A program made the position numbers and the translations under genes. 64,000 nucleotides of DNA from positions 1 to 64,000 of IMG/VR virus record IMGVR_UViG_3300020084_000003; one strand, given 5' to 3'. A model generated the notes under the pieces. The model did no database searches. It was not told the origin of the DNA and was given only the letters and a program-made list of their open reading frames with translations. Numbering within the stretch: position 1 is the stretch's first letter; each line of letters starts with the position of its first letter. Shown piece by piece: positions 36,196 through 46,601 of the stretch.

Positions 36196-36674
36196 TGCGA
36201 GAAACGTATGCTCTAGTTTCCCCCGCGCCAGCAGGTTCGGGGGAAAGATACTTTTTCTTAGGTTATCTTAATCCTAAGTATTCTCACATGGTGAACAAAC
36301 AAGATTGTATTTCTATAAATTTGGATTGGGCTAATATATCTACAAGTTATCAAGATAAAATTTCTCCTTTACGGCGAGATATTGTCGAAATACGTAGAAT
36401 TACACCTTATATACCAAGGCTTAGAAATCATATTTTTTTGATTGATGTTGCTAGTTATGAAGAAGGCAAAGATGTTTACCGCAAGATGATTGATATGGAT
36501 ATTGCGTTGGAGGATGATGGATGGTCTACCTTTGTCGGGGGTTTGGATTCAGTAGAAGATATTGTTTTGAATAGACTTGACGCAGACGAATCGCCAGAAG
36601 AAATATATAAGGATTTATTTGATGGCTACCGAGGTATAAGCTACGTTATGAGATGTGCAGTTAAATTTTTCTAG
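36195..36674 (+). CDS. hypothetical protein
   Basis: 159 aa; TAATG coupling. Confidence 0.7.
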   Translation: MRETYALVSPAPAGSGERYFFLGYLNPKYSHMVNKQDCISINLDWANISTSYQDKISPLRRDIVEIRRITPYIPRLRNHIFLIDVASYEEGKDVYRKMIDMDIALEDDGWSTFVGGLDSVEDIVLNRLDADESPEEIYKDLFDGYRGISYVMRCAVKFF

Positions 36675-36690
36675 GAGATTGTGAGGAAAA

Positions 36691-37221
36691 ATGGCTCTTT
36701 ATTATGTCTTTGTAGATATAGACGGTGTTCTTGTAACGACAAGAGCAAACTTCGATGCTATTGAAAATGACTATAAGATGCAGGCAAAATTCGATCCTGT
36801 ATGTATAGATTTTTTCAACTACATAGACAGAACATATGATGGTGTAAAGTTTGTTTTGACTTCAACTTGGAAGACACATTGTTGTGTCGATCTAGATGGC
36901 CCAGATGAAGGTATGGATTTCCATTGGGTTGTTGCGGCTTTTAGAAATGCGGGTTTCAGAGGAAATTTTGCCAAAAATTGGAAAACAGGATATAAAGATA
37001 GTATCACATATCCTAAATGGCAACGTAGCTTAGAAATTGCGAAATATCTTGAAGAAAACAGTTGTGACGATTATATCATTTTTGATGATGAAAACTTTGG
37101 ATATGATAGAATGGCTAAGAAGAGGTTCATTCAGACTAATGAACATGATGGTTTGACTTGGAAAAATATCAAAAATGCAAAGTCTATAATAGGAATGTGG
37201 AACAGGAGAGATGAGTGCTGA
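36691..37221 (+). CDS. HAD-family phosphatase (RNA-repair type)
   Basis: DIDGVL motif I, LTSTW, R..EI..YL, IIFDD, FIQT...GLT. Confidence 0.82.
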   Translation: MALYYVFVDIDGVLVTTRANFDAIENDYKMQAKFDPVCIDFFNYIDRTYDGVKFVLTSTWKTHCCVDLDGPDEGMDFHWVVAAFRNAGFRGNFAKNWKTGYKDSITYPKWQRSLEIAKYLEENSCDDYIIFDDENFGYDRMAKKRFIQTNEHDGLTWKNIKNAKSIIGMWNRRDEC

Positions 37222-37649
37222 AACCTATCACATCATTTAGTGGAGAATACCACTTTTTATCAAATTTCTATCCATGCCAAATCTCATCGTTTGGCGTGGT
37301 TTTTCCCACATTGGAACATGCATATGTTGCACATAAAACTGACGATCAATCTGTTAGAGAAGAAATATCTAAAATAGAAACGCCGGGCAAGGCAAAAAGG
37401 TTTGGTAGGAAAATAGAACTGATTGATGGTTGGGATGGGATGAAGCTTGATATCATGCGCCGTCTAGTGAAGCAGAAGTTTGCAGAGCCAGAATTACTAA
37501 ATAAATTACTGGCTACTCAAGGGCGTGATCTAATAGAGGGCAACTTGCACGGAGATACATTTTTTGGACAATGCCCCTTGGGTGTTGGAAGAAATGAACT
37601 AGGAAAGATATTAATGTCAATTAGAGAAACATATTTATTGTTTAATTAA
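37215..37649 (+). CDS. NADAR/YbiA family protein
   Basis: FLSNFYP, EHAY.A.K, AKRFGR, LIEGN..D.FFG, GRNELGKILM.IRE. Confidence 0.9.
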   Translation: MLKPITSFSGEYHFLSNFYPCQISSFGVVFPTLEHAYVAHKTDDQSVREEISKIETPGKAKRFGRKIELIDGWDGMKLDIMRRLVKQKFAEPELLNKLLATQGRDLIEGNLHGDTFFGQCPLGVGRNELGKILMSIRETYLLFN

Positions 37650-37660
37650 GGAGAAAAGAA

Positions 37661-37813
37661 ATGGCAAAGAAAAAGCTACCAAAACCAAGAAACCCATTTG
37701 TTCAGCATCTAGTCGTCAAGAAACAAGGCGCACATACTGAATCCAAAAAAGGAAAGCGTTCCAAGGATAAGGTTGCTCTTAAAAAGGAGAGACATTATGA
37801 CAAAGCAGCGTGA
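37661..37813 (+). CDS. small basic protein (50 aa, not in ORF track)
   Basis: MAKKKLPKPRNPF..GAH; SD AAGGAG. Confidence 0.65.
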   Translation: MAKKKLPKPRNPFVQHLVVKKQGAHTESKKGKRSKDKVALKKERHYDKAA

Positions 37814-37934
37814 TTGCGCTTCTTTGTTTTGATGTTTCAAGTTGTGTAACAAAATAGTGATAAAGGAACTATAGGTAAATACGGATAAGCGGCTCTATTT
37901 ATACGATTTTTTTGGTCTTTTCGAAAGAAAAAGC

Positions 37935-37963
37935 TTTACATAACTTATAAAATATGTTATATT
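37935..37963 (+). promoter_or_regulatory. sigma70-type promoter of the gp55 operon
   Basis: TTTACA-17-TATATT. Confidence 0.6.
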
Positions 37964-37998
37964 GCTTCTTGTATGTTGAATGCAGGAGAGAATAACGC

Positions 37999-38577
37999 AT
38001 GTCTAATTTAAAAATAGGTGAGGTTGTTGAAATTTCACCGGTAAAGAAAAAAAGAAAAAGAAATTATGTAAACAACCCAGACTTCCTAGAAGCTTTGATT
38101 ATTTACAAGAAACAATGTAATGCCGCAGATGCAGCAAAGGTCGAAAGACCAAGAATACCAAAATATATTGGCGAATGTATTTTTATGATCGCCAACAGAA
38201 TATCAACCAGAAAGAACTTTAGCGGATACGCTTTTAGAGAAGATATGGTTATGGATGGTGTTGAAACTTGCTTTCGCTATATAGACAGGTTCAAGCCAGA
38301 AAAATATAACAACCCATTTGGTTTCTTTTCAATTGTCATATGGAGAGCTTTCTTACAGAGAATAGCTAAAGAAAAAAGACAATTATATTTGAAATATAAA
38401 AACTCGCAACTAATACACGTCAATGGTGGTTCATATTATAATGATGTTAGCAGTGACGCAGGTATAAATGGTAGTGGCGTTGATATAGACTACATGAATG
38501 CTTTCATAGAAGATTATGAAAACAAAGTTGAAGAGAAAAAAATTAAAAATAAGAAGGCTAAAGAAGATAAAGAATGA
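37999..38577 (+). CDS. gp55: late transcription sigma factor
   Basis: NYVNN..YIGECI..NFSGY..EDM..DG..NPF..RAFLQRI.KEK. Confidence 0.95.
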   Translation: MSNLKIGEVVEISPVKKKRKRNYVNNPDFLEALIIYKKQCNAADAAKVERPRIPKYIGECIFMIANRISTRKNFSGYAFREDMVMDGVETCFRYIDRFKPEKYNNPFGFFSIVIWRAFLQRIAKEKRQLYLKYKNSQLIHVNGGSYYNDVSSDAGINGSGVDIDYMNAFIEDYENKVEEKKIKNKKAKEDKE

Positions 38578-39638
38578 AGATATGCATAATTACAGATACA
38601 CACTTCGGGGGTAGATCGGGTAATCAATATCTGATAAAAAATCAGGAGAAATTCTTTACTAACACATTTTTTCCGACATTGAAAGAAAATAATGTCACCA
38701 CTATATTGCATGGTGGTGATTTATTTGATATAAGAAAATTTATTACATACCAATCGCTTCACGATACCAAAGAAATATTCCTTGACAAACTTGTAGAATA
38801 TGGTATAACTATGCACATAATTGCTGGAAACCATGATATTACATACAAAAACACAAACAAGATAAATTCTCTTGATTTGCTTTTAAAGGAATACAAAAAT
38901 ATTAATGTCTACTCTAATGATGTAGAAAATCTTGAGTTTGACAAGCTAAAAATAGCTATGGTCCCTTGGATCAATCCTGAAAACTCAGAATCAATTCAAA
39001 AGCAACTCAGAAAAAGCAGTAGTGATTACATCCTCGGTCATTTTGAAATTGAGGGTTTTGTCATGAGTGGCGGTGAAAAGTGCAAGCATGGCTTGAAGCC
39101 AGAAATATTTTCCAAATTTGACAAAGTGTATTCAGGACATTTTCACGTTCCGTCACAAAAACACAATATCGAATATATTGGTGCGCCATACCAAATGGAT
39201 TGGTCAGATTATGGTGGTGATAGAGGTTTCCTTATAATTGATAGTGAAACTCTAGAAGTCGAATTCATTTCAAATCCTTATACTATGTTCAAAGTCATAG
39301 ATTATGATGACACTGACGCCAAGGTGGATGATCTAGAGGATTTGGATGAGGAATTATTTGAAGATTCTTACGTAAAACTTAATATCAAGAAAGTCAGCAA
39401 TAAAGCTCTTTTGGAAAAATTTATCGAAAAAGTAGAAAGCTTTGATGTTGCAGATGTTAAGATAAATGAGACATACGAAGAATCAGATAATGATGAAGAG
39501 GAAAAAGAAGAGACTGCTGGAATTGAAGAGACAATATCTTTGGTGATGAGGCACATTGATGAACAAAATTATGACGAGGTAAAGAAAGAAGCTATTAAAG
39601 CCAAATTCAGAGACTTGTATAATAGAAGAGATGAATAA
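38574..39638 (+). CDS. gp47: recombination nuclease subunit (Mre11-like)
   Basis: TDTHFG, GGDLFD, GNHD, GHFE, SGHFH. Confidence 0.95.
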   Translation: MKICIITDTHFGGRSGNQYLIKNQEKFFTNTFFPTLKENNVTTILHGGDLFDIRKFITYQSLHDTKEIFLDKLVEYGITMHIIAGNHDITYKNTNKINSLDLLLKEYKNINVYSNDVENLEFDKLKIAMVPWINPENSESIQKQLRKSSSDYILGHFEIEGFVMSGGEKCKHGLKPEIFSKFDKVYSGHFHVPSQKHNIEYIGAPYQMDWSDYGGDRGFLIIDSETLEVEFISNPYTMFKVIDYDDTDAKVDDLEDLDEELFEDSYVKLNIKKVSNKALLEKFIEKVESFDVADVKINETYEESDNDEEEKEETAGIEETISLVMRHIDEQNYDEVKKEAIKAKFRDLYNRRDE

Positions 39639-41359
39639 TGGTAATTTTTGAAAAGATTAAATATAAAAACCTACTGTCAACTGGAAACGTGTTCAACGAG
39701 ATAAACTTTGTTGAACACAAAATGAACCTGATAAGCGGAAGCAATGGCGGTGGCAAATCTACTATATTAGATGCAATAGTTTATTCCCTGTTCGGAAAGC
39801 CGTTTAGAAAAATAACCAAAGGGCTTCTTATCAATTCCATAAACAAAAAAGAACTATTGGTAGAGTTATACCTTTCTGTCGGAAACGCACAATACAAGAT
39901 AGTGAGAGGCGACAAGCCTTCTGTGTTTGAGGTTTACAAAAATGACAAGCTCATAAATCAGGAAGCCTCGTCAAGAGACTATCAGACTGTTATAGAAGAA
40001 GATATCATAAGATGTAATTACAAAACATTTACTCAAATAGTCATATTGGGATCAGCAACATATATTCCTTTCATGGAGCTAAAACTTGACGAAAAGCGTA
40101 AAGTAATCGAAGATGTTTTGGATATCGGCGTATTCAGCCAGATTGCCGCAGGACCACTAAAAGCAGACATAGACGAATGTAAAGACTTGATAAGTGAAAT
40201 TAATTCAGATATGCGCGTGACACAAACAAAACTTGATATGGCAAAAGAGCATAATGACAAAATAAAAAAGAGCAAATCTGTTGACACTTCTGATATTGAA
40301 GATGAAATCAAGAAATTGGAAGAACAGATTGAAACTGGCATTGCCACTAGAGACAAATATCAGGCCATTGTTGACGGATATGAAAAGCCTAAAGATTCTA
40401 ATGATATAAAGAAAAAGATATCCAAAAGGATAGAACTTAAAGCCGATATAAACAGCAACAAGAAAAATCTTGCCAGAGAAATCGAGTTCTTAAAAAATAA
40501 CACGACATGTCCTACCTGTAGACAGGCCATATCGGAAGATTTCAGACACGAAGTTTGTGAAACAAATGCACAATCTATTGAAGATATGGATGAGGGCTTG
40601 GAAAAGCTGGTGTCTATAATAGCTGGATTGGAAGAAGAGCTTAGAGATATTGAAGAGTATGAAGAAAGATACAAGTCAATAAAGAGCAAGCTTGAGAGGG
40701 TTGAATATACCTTGGATATGAATGAAAAACAACTTGGTTTGTATAAAAAGAAGCTAAAAGATTTTAGGGATAACGAGAAGATTTCGGTTGACTCTATAGA
40801 CGATTCGGAGTATAAGAGGACTCTTGAAGAGCAGATGCAGCGTTACAACGATGCGGTGTTTGAAAGAGAGGTTTTGGCAGAAATTGCTAAAATGATGAAA
40901 GATGAAGGCGTCAAGAGTGACATAATACAAAAATACATTCCCAAGATGAATGAGTTGATAAACAACTATCTGATTCAGTTTGATCTATATGTGAATTTCA
41001 CACTAGATGAAAACTTCAAGGCGACAATAAAATCTAGATATAGAGACAATTTCTCTTATGACAGCTTTTCACAAGGCGAGAAATTGAGAATAAACCTATC
41101 CATCATGCTTGCTTGGAAAGAGATAGCAAAGCTAAAGAATTCTATCAACACCAATTTGTTGATACTGGACGAAACTTTAGATGGCGCTCTGGATGGTGTT
41201 GGCGTAACAGACTTGGTTAAAGCTTTGAGAAATCTGGATGGCGAAAAGAATAATATTTTTGTAATATCTCACAGAGGCGATACATTAAAGGATATGTTCG
41301 ATCATCACTTAAACTTCCACAAGACAAAGAATTTTAGTGTGATGAGCGTTATAGAATAA
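39638..41359 (+). CDS. gp46: recombination ATPase subunit (Rad50-like)
   Basis: GSNGGGKS, CPTC hook, FSQGE signature, LDE, ISH. Confidence 0.96.
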   Translation: MVIFEKIKYKNLLSTGNVFNEINFVEHKMNLISGSNGGGKSTILDAIVYSLFGKPFRKITKGLLINSINKKELLVELYLSVGNAQYKIVRGDKPSVFEVYKNDKLINQEASSRDYQTVIEEDIIRCNYKTFTQIVILGSATYIPFMELKLDEKRKVIEDVLDIGVFSQIAAGPLKADIDECKDLISEINSDMRVTQTKLDMAKEHNDKIKKSKSVDTSDIEDEIKKLEEQIETGIATRDKYQAIVDGYEKPKDSNDIKKKISKRIELKADINSNKKNLAREIEFLKNNTTCPTCRQAISEDFRHEVCETNAQSIEDMDEGLEKLVSIIAGLEEELRDIEEYEERYKSIKSKLERVEYTLDMNEKQLGLYKKKLKDFRDNEKISVDSIDDSEYKRTLEEQMQRYNDAVFEREVLAEIAKMMKDEGVKSDIIQKYIPKMNELINNYLIQFDLYVNFTLDENFKATIKSRYRDNFSYDSFSQGEKLRINLSIMLAWKEIAKLKNSINTNLLILDETLDGALDGVGVTDLVKALRNLDGEKNNIFVISHRGDTLKDMFDHHLNFHKTKNFSVMSVIE

Positions 41360-41375
41360 GGAAAAGTTAAGTAAT

Positions 41376-44084
41376 ATGGCTAACGCTTTTTATACCAGTG
41401 TCGAAAGACATATGAATGATATAATCTATCGGGGCTATGAAAACGGAAAACCTTTCACAAGAAAGGAGCGTTTTCAGCCCCGTCTTTTTATAGAAAAAAA
41501 GAACGCAAATAGTGGCTATTTCTCATTAGGAGAGAGAAAGCCGCTACTTGAGAAGAGATTTGATACTATGAAAGAATGCAGACAGTTCCTAGAGGAATAT
41601 GCTGACGTTGCTGGTGTCAAGATATACGGCAATTCCAACTACATTTCACAGTTTATTCATGAGAAATTTCCGGGTGAAATAAAGTTTGATATAAACAAGA
41701 TACACACATTCATGTTTGATATCGAGGTAGATATTTCAGATGGTTATCCTAACATGGAAACTGCTGATAAATCTATCACATCAATTGCAATCAAGTCTTC
41801 CAAGAGGGATGAATATCTACTTTTGGGTCTAAAGGACTATGACAAGTATAAAACTGAAACTGGTATTGATCCAGAAAAGATTCGCTTCATCAAATTTGAT
41901 GATGAGATTAAGCTATTGTCTTATTTCGTAAAATATTGGAAAAATGATTATCCTGAGATTGTGAGCGGTTGGAACGTTGAATACTTCGATATTCAATACA
42001 TCATCACAAGGCTAATCAGAATATTTGGTGAAGATGTTGCCAAATCTCTATCACCAATGAATGTCTTGAAGCAAGTCGAGAAGGAATTTTTCGGAAAGAA
42101 GCAATATACTTACCACATTTACGGAATGTCAATTCTGGATTACATGGATGCGTTCAAGAAATTTGGATATAAATATGGCACTCAGGAAAGCTATAAGCTT
42201 GACCATATTGCTCACGTGGTTTTGGGCGAAAGAAAACTATCATATGATGAATATGGTTCTTTGACAAAACTATACGAAGAAAATCCTCAGAAATACTTGG
42301 ACTATAACCTTAAAGATACACATCTTATTCAAAGATTTGAAGAAGAGACTGCACTTCTTGCACTTGTTATCACAGTTGCGTATGACGGTGGGGTTAACTA
42401 TAAAGATGCATTCGGGACCGTGGGTATTTGGGAGTCAATTCTTTACAGAAGATTGATGAGCAATTATGAGGTTCCACCTGTCAAGGGCGGGCCGGGTATG
42501 CGGGCGAATGATCTTGTCGGGGGATATGTGAAAGAACCAATTCCCGGTATGTATAAATGGGTAACATCATTCGACCTTAACAGTCTATATCCACACCTTA
42601 TGATGCAATATAACATGTCACCTGAAACTCTTGTCAAGGGCGGCAATGTCTATACTGTTATTCAAAAGATCAGAGAAAATGCAGATGATCCTGAGCATAG
42701 TGAATATGCAGAAAGAGTTCTGGAATTTATTGATAGCGGGTTGTATAACAGAATATATAGTAATATGACAACTATTTTCTTGGATAATAGTTTGACAGAA
42801 GAAGATATTGAGTTGTTCAAACTAGCCAACAAAATGCACAATTATGCAATTTGTGTTAACGGAGCATTGTTCACCAAAGATTTTGAAGGGATGATTCCAA
42901 AGATCATTAATGAGAAATATGCTGAACGTAAAGACGTTAAGACAAAGATGTTACAGAAGGAAAGCGAACTAGAAAAGATCAATTCCAAAATGGAAAAAAA
43001 TCCTAGTGAGGATTTGAAGCAACTACAAAGCAAAGTCAAGAAAGAAATAACTCAGTTGCACAATAAGCAAATGTCAGTTAAAATTCTTATGAACAGCTTG
43101 TATGGTGCCTCTGCCAACATCTACTTCCTTTACTATATTATGGAAATGGCGGAAGCTATCACCAAATCCGGTCAGCTTTCGGTGCAATGGTCAGGTAAAT
43201 ATGTAAATGAATACATGAACAAGATTCTGAAAACAGATGGCGTTGATTATGTGGTTTATATTGATACCGATTCCATTTACATAAGAATGGATGATCTTGT
43301 CAGAAAGGTCTTCAAAACAGATGACATATCCAAAGAAGATGGCGAAGATTTCTTGGATAAAGTATGTCAGGATAAGATTGAAAAAGTAATTGACAAATCT
43401 TACGATGATCTGTATAATATCTTAGGCGCATACAAAAATGCAATGAAGATGAAAAGAGAGAAGATAAACGACAAAGCTTTGTTTGTCTCTAAAAAGCGTT
43501 ATGTTTTGAATACCTTGAACAGTGAAGGAGTTCATTACGATACTCCAAAAATATCAGTTACAGGTCTAGAGCAAGTTAGGTCTTCAACACCAGAGGTTGT
43601 TAGAGACAAATTGAAAAAATCATACCATATGGTTATGAATTTCGATGAACGCACAGTTCAAAAATTCATTGGTGATTTCAAAGACGAGTTCAAGACTTTG
43701 GAGCCTGAGAAAATCGGTAAAAATTCTGGAACCGATGACATTGAAAAATATGTATTGGGTGATAGTTATGCAAAAGGATGCCCCGGCCACGTTAGAGGCG
43801 CGATCATCTATAACAATTACCTAAAGAAGTTGGGTCTTCAAAAGAAATACAATTCTATCAAGTCGGGAGACAAGATCAAGATTGTATATTTGAAGTTGCC
43901 AAATCCAGTGAGAGAAAATGTAATATCATTCCCAGAGGTATTGCCGCATGAGTTTGGTTTGCATGAATATATCGACTATGATACCCAATTTGAAAAGGTA
44001 TTTCTTGCACCGACTGAAAACATTTTGAATGTGGTTGGTTGGAGAGCAGTTAAGGTTGATTCTATTAAAGATATGTTTGAATAA
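41376..44084 (+). CDS. gp43: family B DNA polymerase
   Basis: FDIE exonuclease motif, SFDLNSLYP, K..NSLYG, YIDTDS. Confidence 0.98.
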   Translation: MANAFYTSVERHMNDIIYRGYENGKPFTRKERFQPRLFIEKKNANSGYFSLGERKPLLEKRFDTMKECRQFLEEYADVAGVKIYGNSNYISQFIHEKFPGEIKFDINKIHTFMFDIEVDISDGYPNMETADKSITSIAIKSSKRDEYLLLGLKDYDKYKTETGIDPEKIRFIKFDDEIKLLSYFVKYWKNDYPEIVSGWNVEYFDIQYIITRLIRIFGEDVAKSLSPMNVLKQVEKEFFGKKQYTYHIYGMSILDYMDAFKKFGYKYGTQESYKLDHIAHVVLGERKLSYDEYGSLTKLYEENPQKYLDYNLKDTHLIQRFEEETALLALVITVAYDGGVNYKDAFGTVGIWESILYRRLMSNYEVPPVKGGPGMRANDLVGGYVKEPIPGMYKWVTSFDLNSLYPHLMMQYNMSPETLVKGGNVYTVIQKIRENADDPEHSEYAERVLEFIDSGLYNRIYSNMTTIFLDNSLTEEDIELFKLANKMHNYAICVNGALFTKDFEGMIPKIINEKYAERKDVKTKMLQKESELEKINSKMEKNPSEDLKQLQSKVKKEITQLHNKQMSVKILMNSLYGASANIYFLYYIMEMAEAITKSGQLSVQWSGKYVNEYMNKILKTDGVDYVVYIDTDSIYIRMDDLVRKVFKTDDISKEDGEDFLDKVCQDKIEKVIDKSYDDLYNILGAYKNAMKMKREKINDKALFVSKKRYVLNTLNSEGVHYDTPKISVTGLEQVRSSTPEVVRDKLKKSYHMVMNFDERTVQKFIGDFKDEFKTLEPEKIGKNSGTDDIEKYVLGDSYAKGCPGHVRGAIIYNNYLKKLGLQKKYNSIKSGDKIKIVYLKLPNPVRENVISFPEVLPHEFGLHEYIDYDTQFEKVFLAPTENILNVVGWRAVKVDSIKDMFE

Positions 44085-44094
44085 AGGAAATAAT

Positions 44095-44511
44095 ATGAGT
44101 GTATTTGAAGACATTAAGGCCATGCAACTTAAATTTGGTCATAAGCAGTGGGCCTTGGACAATAAAGACAATAAAGAGTTGATGAAAAAACTCATTGCTT
44201 ACAGAATTTGTAAAATGATGGATGAAGAAATGAATGAGCTTCGTTCTGCCGCATTTGTCGATGAAGACGCAGAAGAGATTGTTGATGCATTGATTGATCT
44301 TATGGTTTTTTCGGTGTCAATTCTAGATTTGATGGATGTTGATGGTCAAGAGGCATGGGATCGTGTTTATAAAGCCAATATGGCAAAAGAACCGGGTGTT
44401 AAACCGGGCCGTCCAAATAAATTTGGTATGCCAGATTTGCTCAAGCCCGAAGGATGGCAAGCACCAAGCAACGCAGACAACACCGGTTTCTTGAAAGATA
44501 TCTATGAGTGA
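44095..44511 (+). CDS. MazG-like NTP pyrophosphohydrolase
   Basis: EEMNEL..EEIVDALIDL, V.KANM.K; start placed at MSVFED. Confidence 0.85.
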   Translation: MSVFEDIKAMQLKFGHKQWALDNKDNKELMKKLIAYRICKMMDEEMNELRSAAFVDEDAEEIVDALIDLMVFSVSILDLMDVDGQEAWDRVYKANMAKEPGVKPGRPNKFGMPDLLKPEGWQAPSNADNTGFLKDIYE

Positions 44512-44995
44512 CTTTAATGATTGGGACTATACCTTTATGCTTGAAGCCAAACTTTGGGCAACAAAAAGTAAAGACCCTAGCAGAAAAATAGGCGCTGTAA
44601 TAGTGCAAGGAAGGAAACCCGTTGCTACAGGATACAACGGGTTTCCTGAACAAATCGAGGATAAAATTGAATATCTTCAAAATAGAGAATTCAAATATCC
44701 CAGAACTATACATGCTGAGATGAATGCAATTCACAATGCGTTGGATCACGGAGTGAAAATTCGTGGCGGCGTATTGTATGTATTTGGTCTTCCTACATGT
44801 TCTACTTGTGCTATTCAAGTTATTCGTGCGGGCATAAGCCGAATAGTATTTTGTGATTTGAACTCACAAGGTAGTCAATGGGCTGATAAAATGACAATAG
44901 AACTTTGTCAAGAGTCGGGCGTTGAGATAAGTGAGATGGACAAGAAAGAACTTGACTTATACGAGAAAAAGGTGTATAGTTTCTTTCAGCAGTGA
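44504..44995 (+). CDS. cd: dCMP deaminase
   Basis: SKDPS.K.GA, TGYNGFP, HAEMNAI, PTCSTC. Confidence 0.93.
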   Translation: MSDFNDWDYTFMLEAKLWATKSKDPSRKIGAVIVQGRKPVATGYNGFPEQIEDKIEYLQNREFKYPRTIHAEMNAIHNALDHGVKIRGGVLYVFGLPTCSTCAIQVIRAGISRIVFCDLNSQGSQWADKMTIELCQESGVEISEMDKKELDLYEKKVYSFFQQ

Positions 44996-45015
44996 AACAA
45001 TGAAGAGAGTAAATT

Positions 45016-45660
45016 ATGGTAAAATCTAGATTCGAGCTATTTCTAGACTTCGAAACTTTGTCAGAAGATGAAACTAAGGCTCCGGTAATCAACGTATCTG
45101 CTATTATCGTAGATAAAGATAAAATGATATCCGATACCCCATACATCACTAAAGATATAGTTCTTGTGAAACAATTCAAGTTATCCGTGGATGACCAAGT
45201 TGAAAATTATGGTGCAGAGGTTTCAGAATCTACACTTGAATTTTGGAAAAAACAACCCAAGGAAACAAGAGAACAACTGAAACCAAGTGAAGATGATCTA
45301 ACCGTCAAGCAATTTGTGAAAGAATTTATAGAATTTTTGAACACAGAACCGACATTGGGTAAATGTTGGGCGAGAAACATCAAGTATGATTTCGCTATAT
45401 TAAAGCGTCTTTTCTCTTACGCGGGTAAGAATATAGATGACTATATAGATCATTACATGATTAGGGATATCAGGAGTTCACTTGATGCTGTGATGGGATT
45501 TGCAGATGGTATTAATTTAAACTACTGCCCTGTTACAGATGAAGAGTTTTGGAATAAAGTTTTCAGGGCGCATGATAGCCGTTGGGATGTTATAGCTGAT
45601 GTTTTAAGATATCAGTCAGTTTTGAGAAATGATAAAGATTTGGAGCAAATTAGAAGATGA
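45016..45660 (+). CDS. DEDD 3'-5' exonuclease (DexA-like)
   Basis: LDFETL, FW..Q, YDFAIL, RDIRS, AHDS.WD. Confidence 0.82.
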   Translation: MVKSRFELFLDFETLSEDETKAPVINVSAIIVDKDKMISDTPYITKDIVLVKQFKLSVDDQVENYGAEVSESTLEFWKKQPKETREQLKPSEDDLTVKQFVKEFIEFLNTEPTLGKCWARNIKYDFAILKRLFSYAGKNIDDYIDHYMIRDIRSSLDAVMGFADGINLNYCPVTDEEFWNKVFRAHDSRWDVIADVLRYQSVLRNDKDLEQIRR

Positions 45661-46595
45661 GCAGAAAAATAAACAACAAAAATAGACCTAAGAGAGTAAA
45701 CAATCCTGCGCCTGCGCCAGTTGCTAAAGAAGAGCAAAATCTAGACAGAGTTGAAATTACTCTTGAAGAATTGCAGCAAGTGAGACTTTTTGTGGGTATG
45801 CCAATGTATGGTGGCATGTGCAATGGTCTTACTACAAAAGGATTAATTGAATTGGCTATGGCGTGTCAAAGTCATGGTATTCAATTCTCCACACACTATC
45901 TTTTTAACGAGTCACTAATTCAACGTGCAAGAAATTACATCGCAGATGAATTTATGAGAAGCAACTGCACACACATGCTTTTCATTGACGCAGATATTGG
46001 CTTTAAAGCAGATGACGTTATTGCCATGCTTGCATATAGCCTAAAACATCCAGATTGTAAAGATGTTGTAGCCGCAATTTATCCTAGAAAAACAATCGCA
46101 TGGGAAAAGGTTGACAAAGCTGCAAAATCTGGTATAGTAAGTAATCCGAACCAACTGGAAGACTACGCTGGTGACTTTGTTTTCAATTTCAAAGAAGGCA
46201 CAACTGAAATGAAAATTTCACAACCAGCCGAGGTCGCGGAAACTGGAACAGGCTTCATGTTAATTCCAAGACATGTTTTTGAGAAATTTGATGAGGCATA
46301 TCCAGAGTATAGATTTAGGCCAGACCATTTAAGATCAGCACATTTTGATGGTTCTAGAGAAATAACCGCCTATTTCCACTGTGAAATTGATAAAAATACA
46401 AAAAGATATCTTTCCGAAGATTATTTTTTCTGTAGGATGATTTCTGCTATTGGCTTGAAAACAGTCATATTGCCTTGGATTGAGCTTATGCATACTGGTA
46501 GCTATATCTATAAAGGATCAGTAGACAGAATGGCGCAATTACAGCTAGATTTGATTTCATCAGGAGTGAAAGACGGCTCAGAAGGAAGAGTATAA
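45657..46595 (+). CDS. GT-A fold glycosyltransferase-like protein
   Basis: PMYGG, ESLIQRARN, FIDADI (DxD), GTGFMLI, LSEDY.FC, H.G. Confidence 0.8.
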   Translation: MSRKINNKNRPKRVNNPAPAPVAKEEQNLDRVEITLEELQQVRLFVGMPMYGGMCNGLTTKGLIELAMACQSHGIQFSTHYLFNESLIQRARNYIADEFMRSNCTHMLFIDADIGFKADDVIAMLAYSLKHPDCKDVVAAIYPRKTIAWEKVDKAAKSGIVSNPNQLEDYAGDFVFNFKEGTTEMKISQPAEVAETGTGFMLIPRHVFEKFDEAYPEYRFRPDHLRSAHFDGSREITAYFHCEIDKNTKRYLSEDYFFCRMISAIGLKTVILPWIELMHTGSYIYKGSVDRMAQLQLDLISSGVKDGSEGRV

Positions 46596-46601
46596 TATAT
46601 T

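Noticed and set aside
39638-44084. Inteins or introns in gp46 and gp43
   Set aside because: Both frames are continuous, of ordinary size and lack intein terminal motifs
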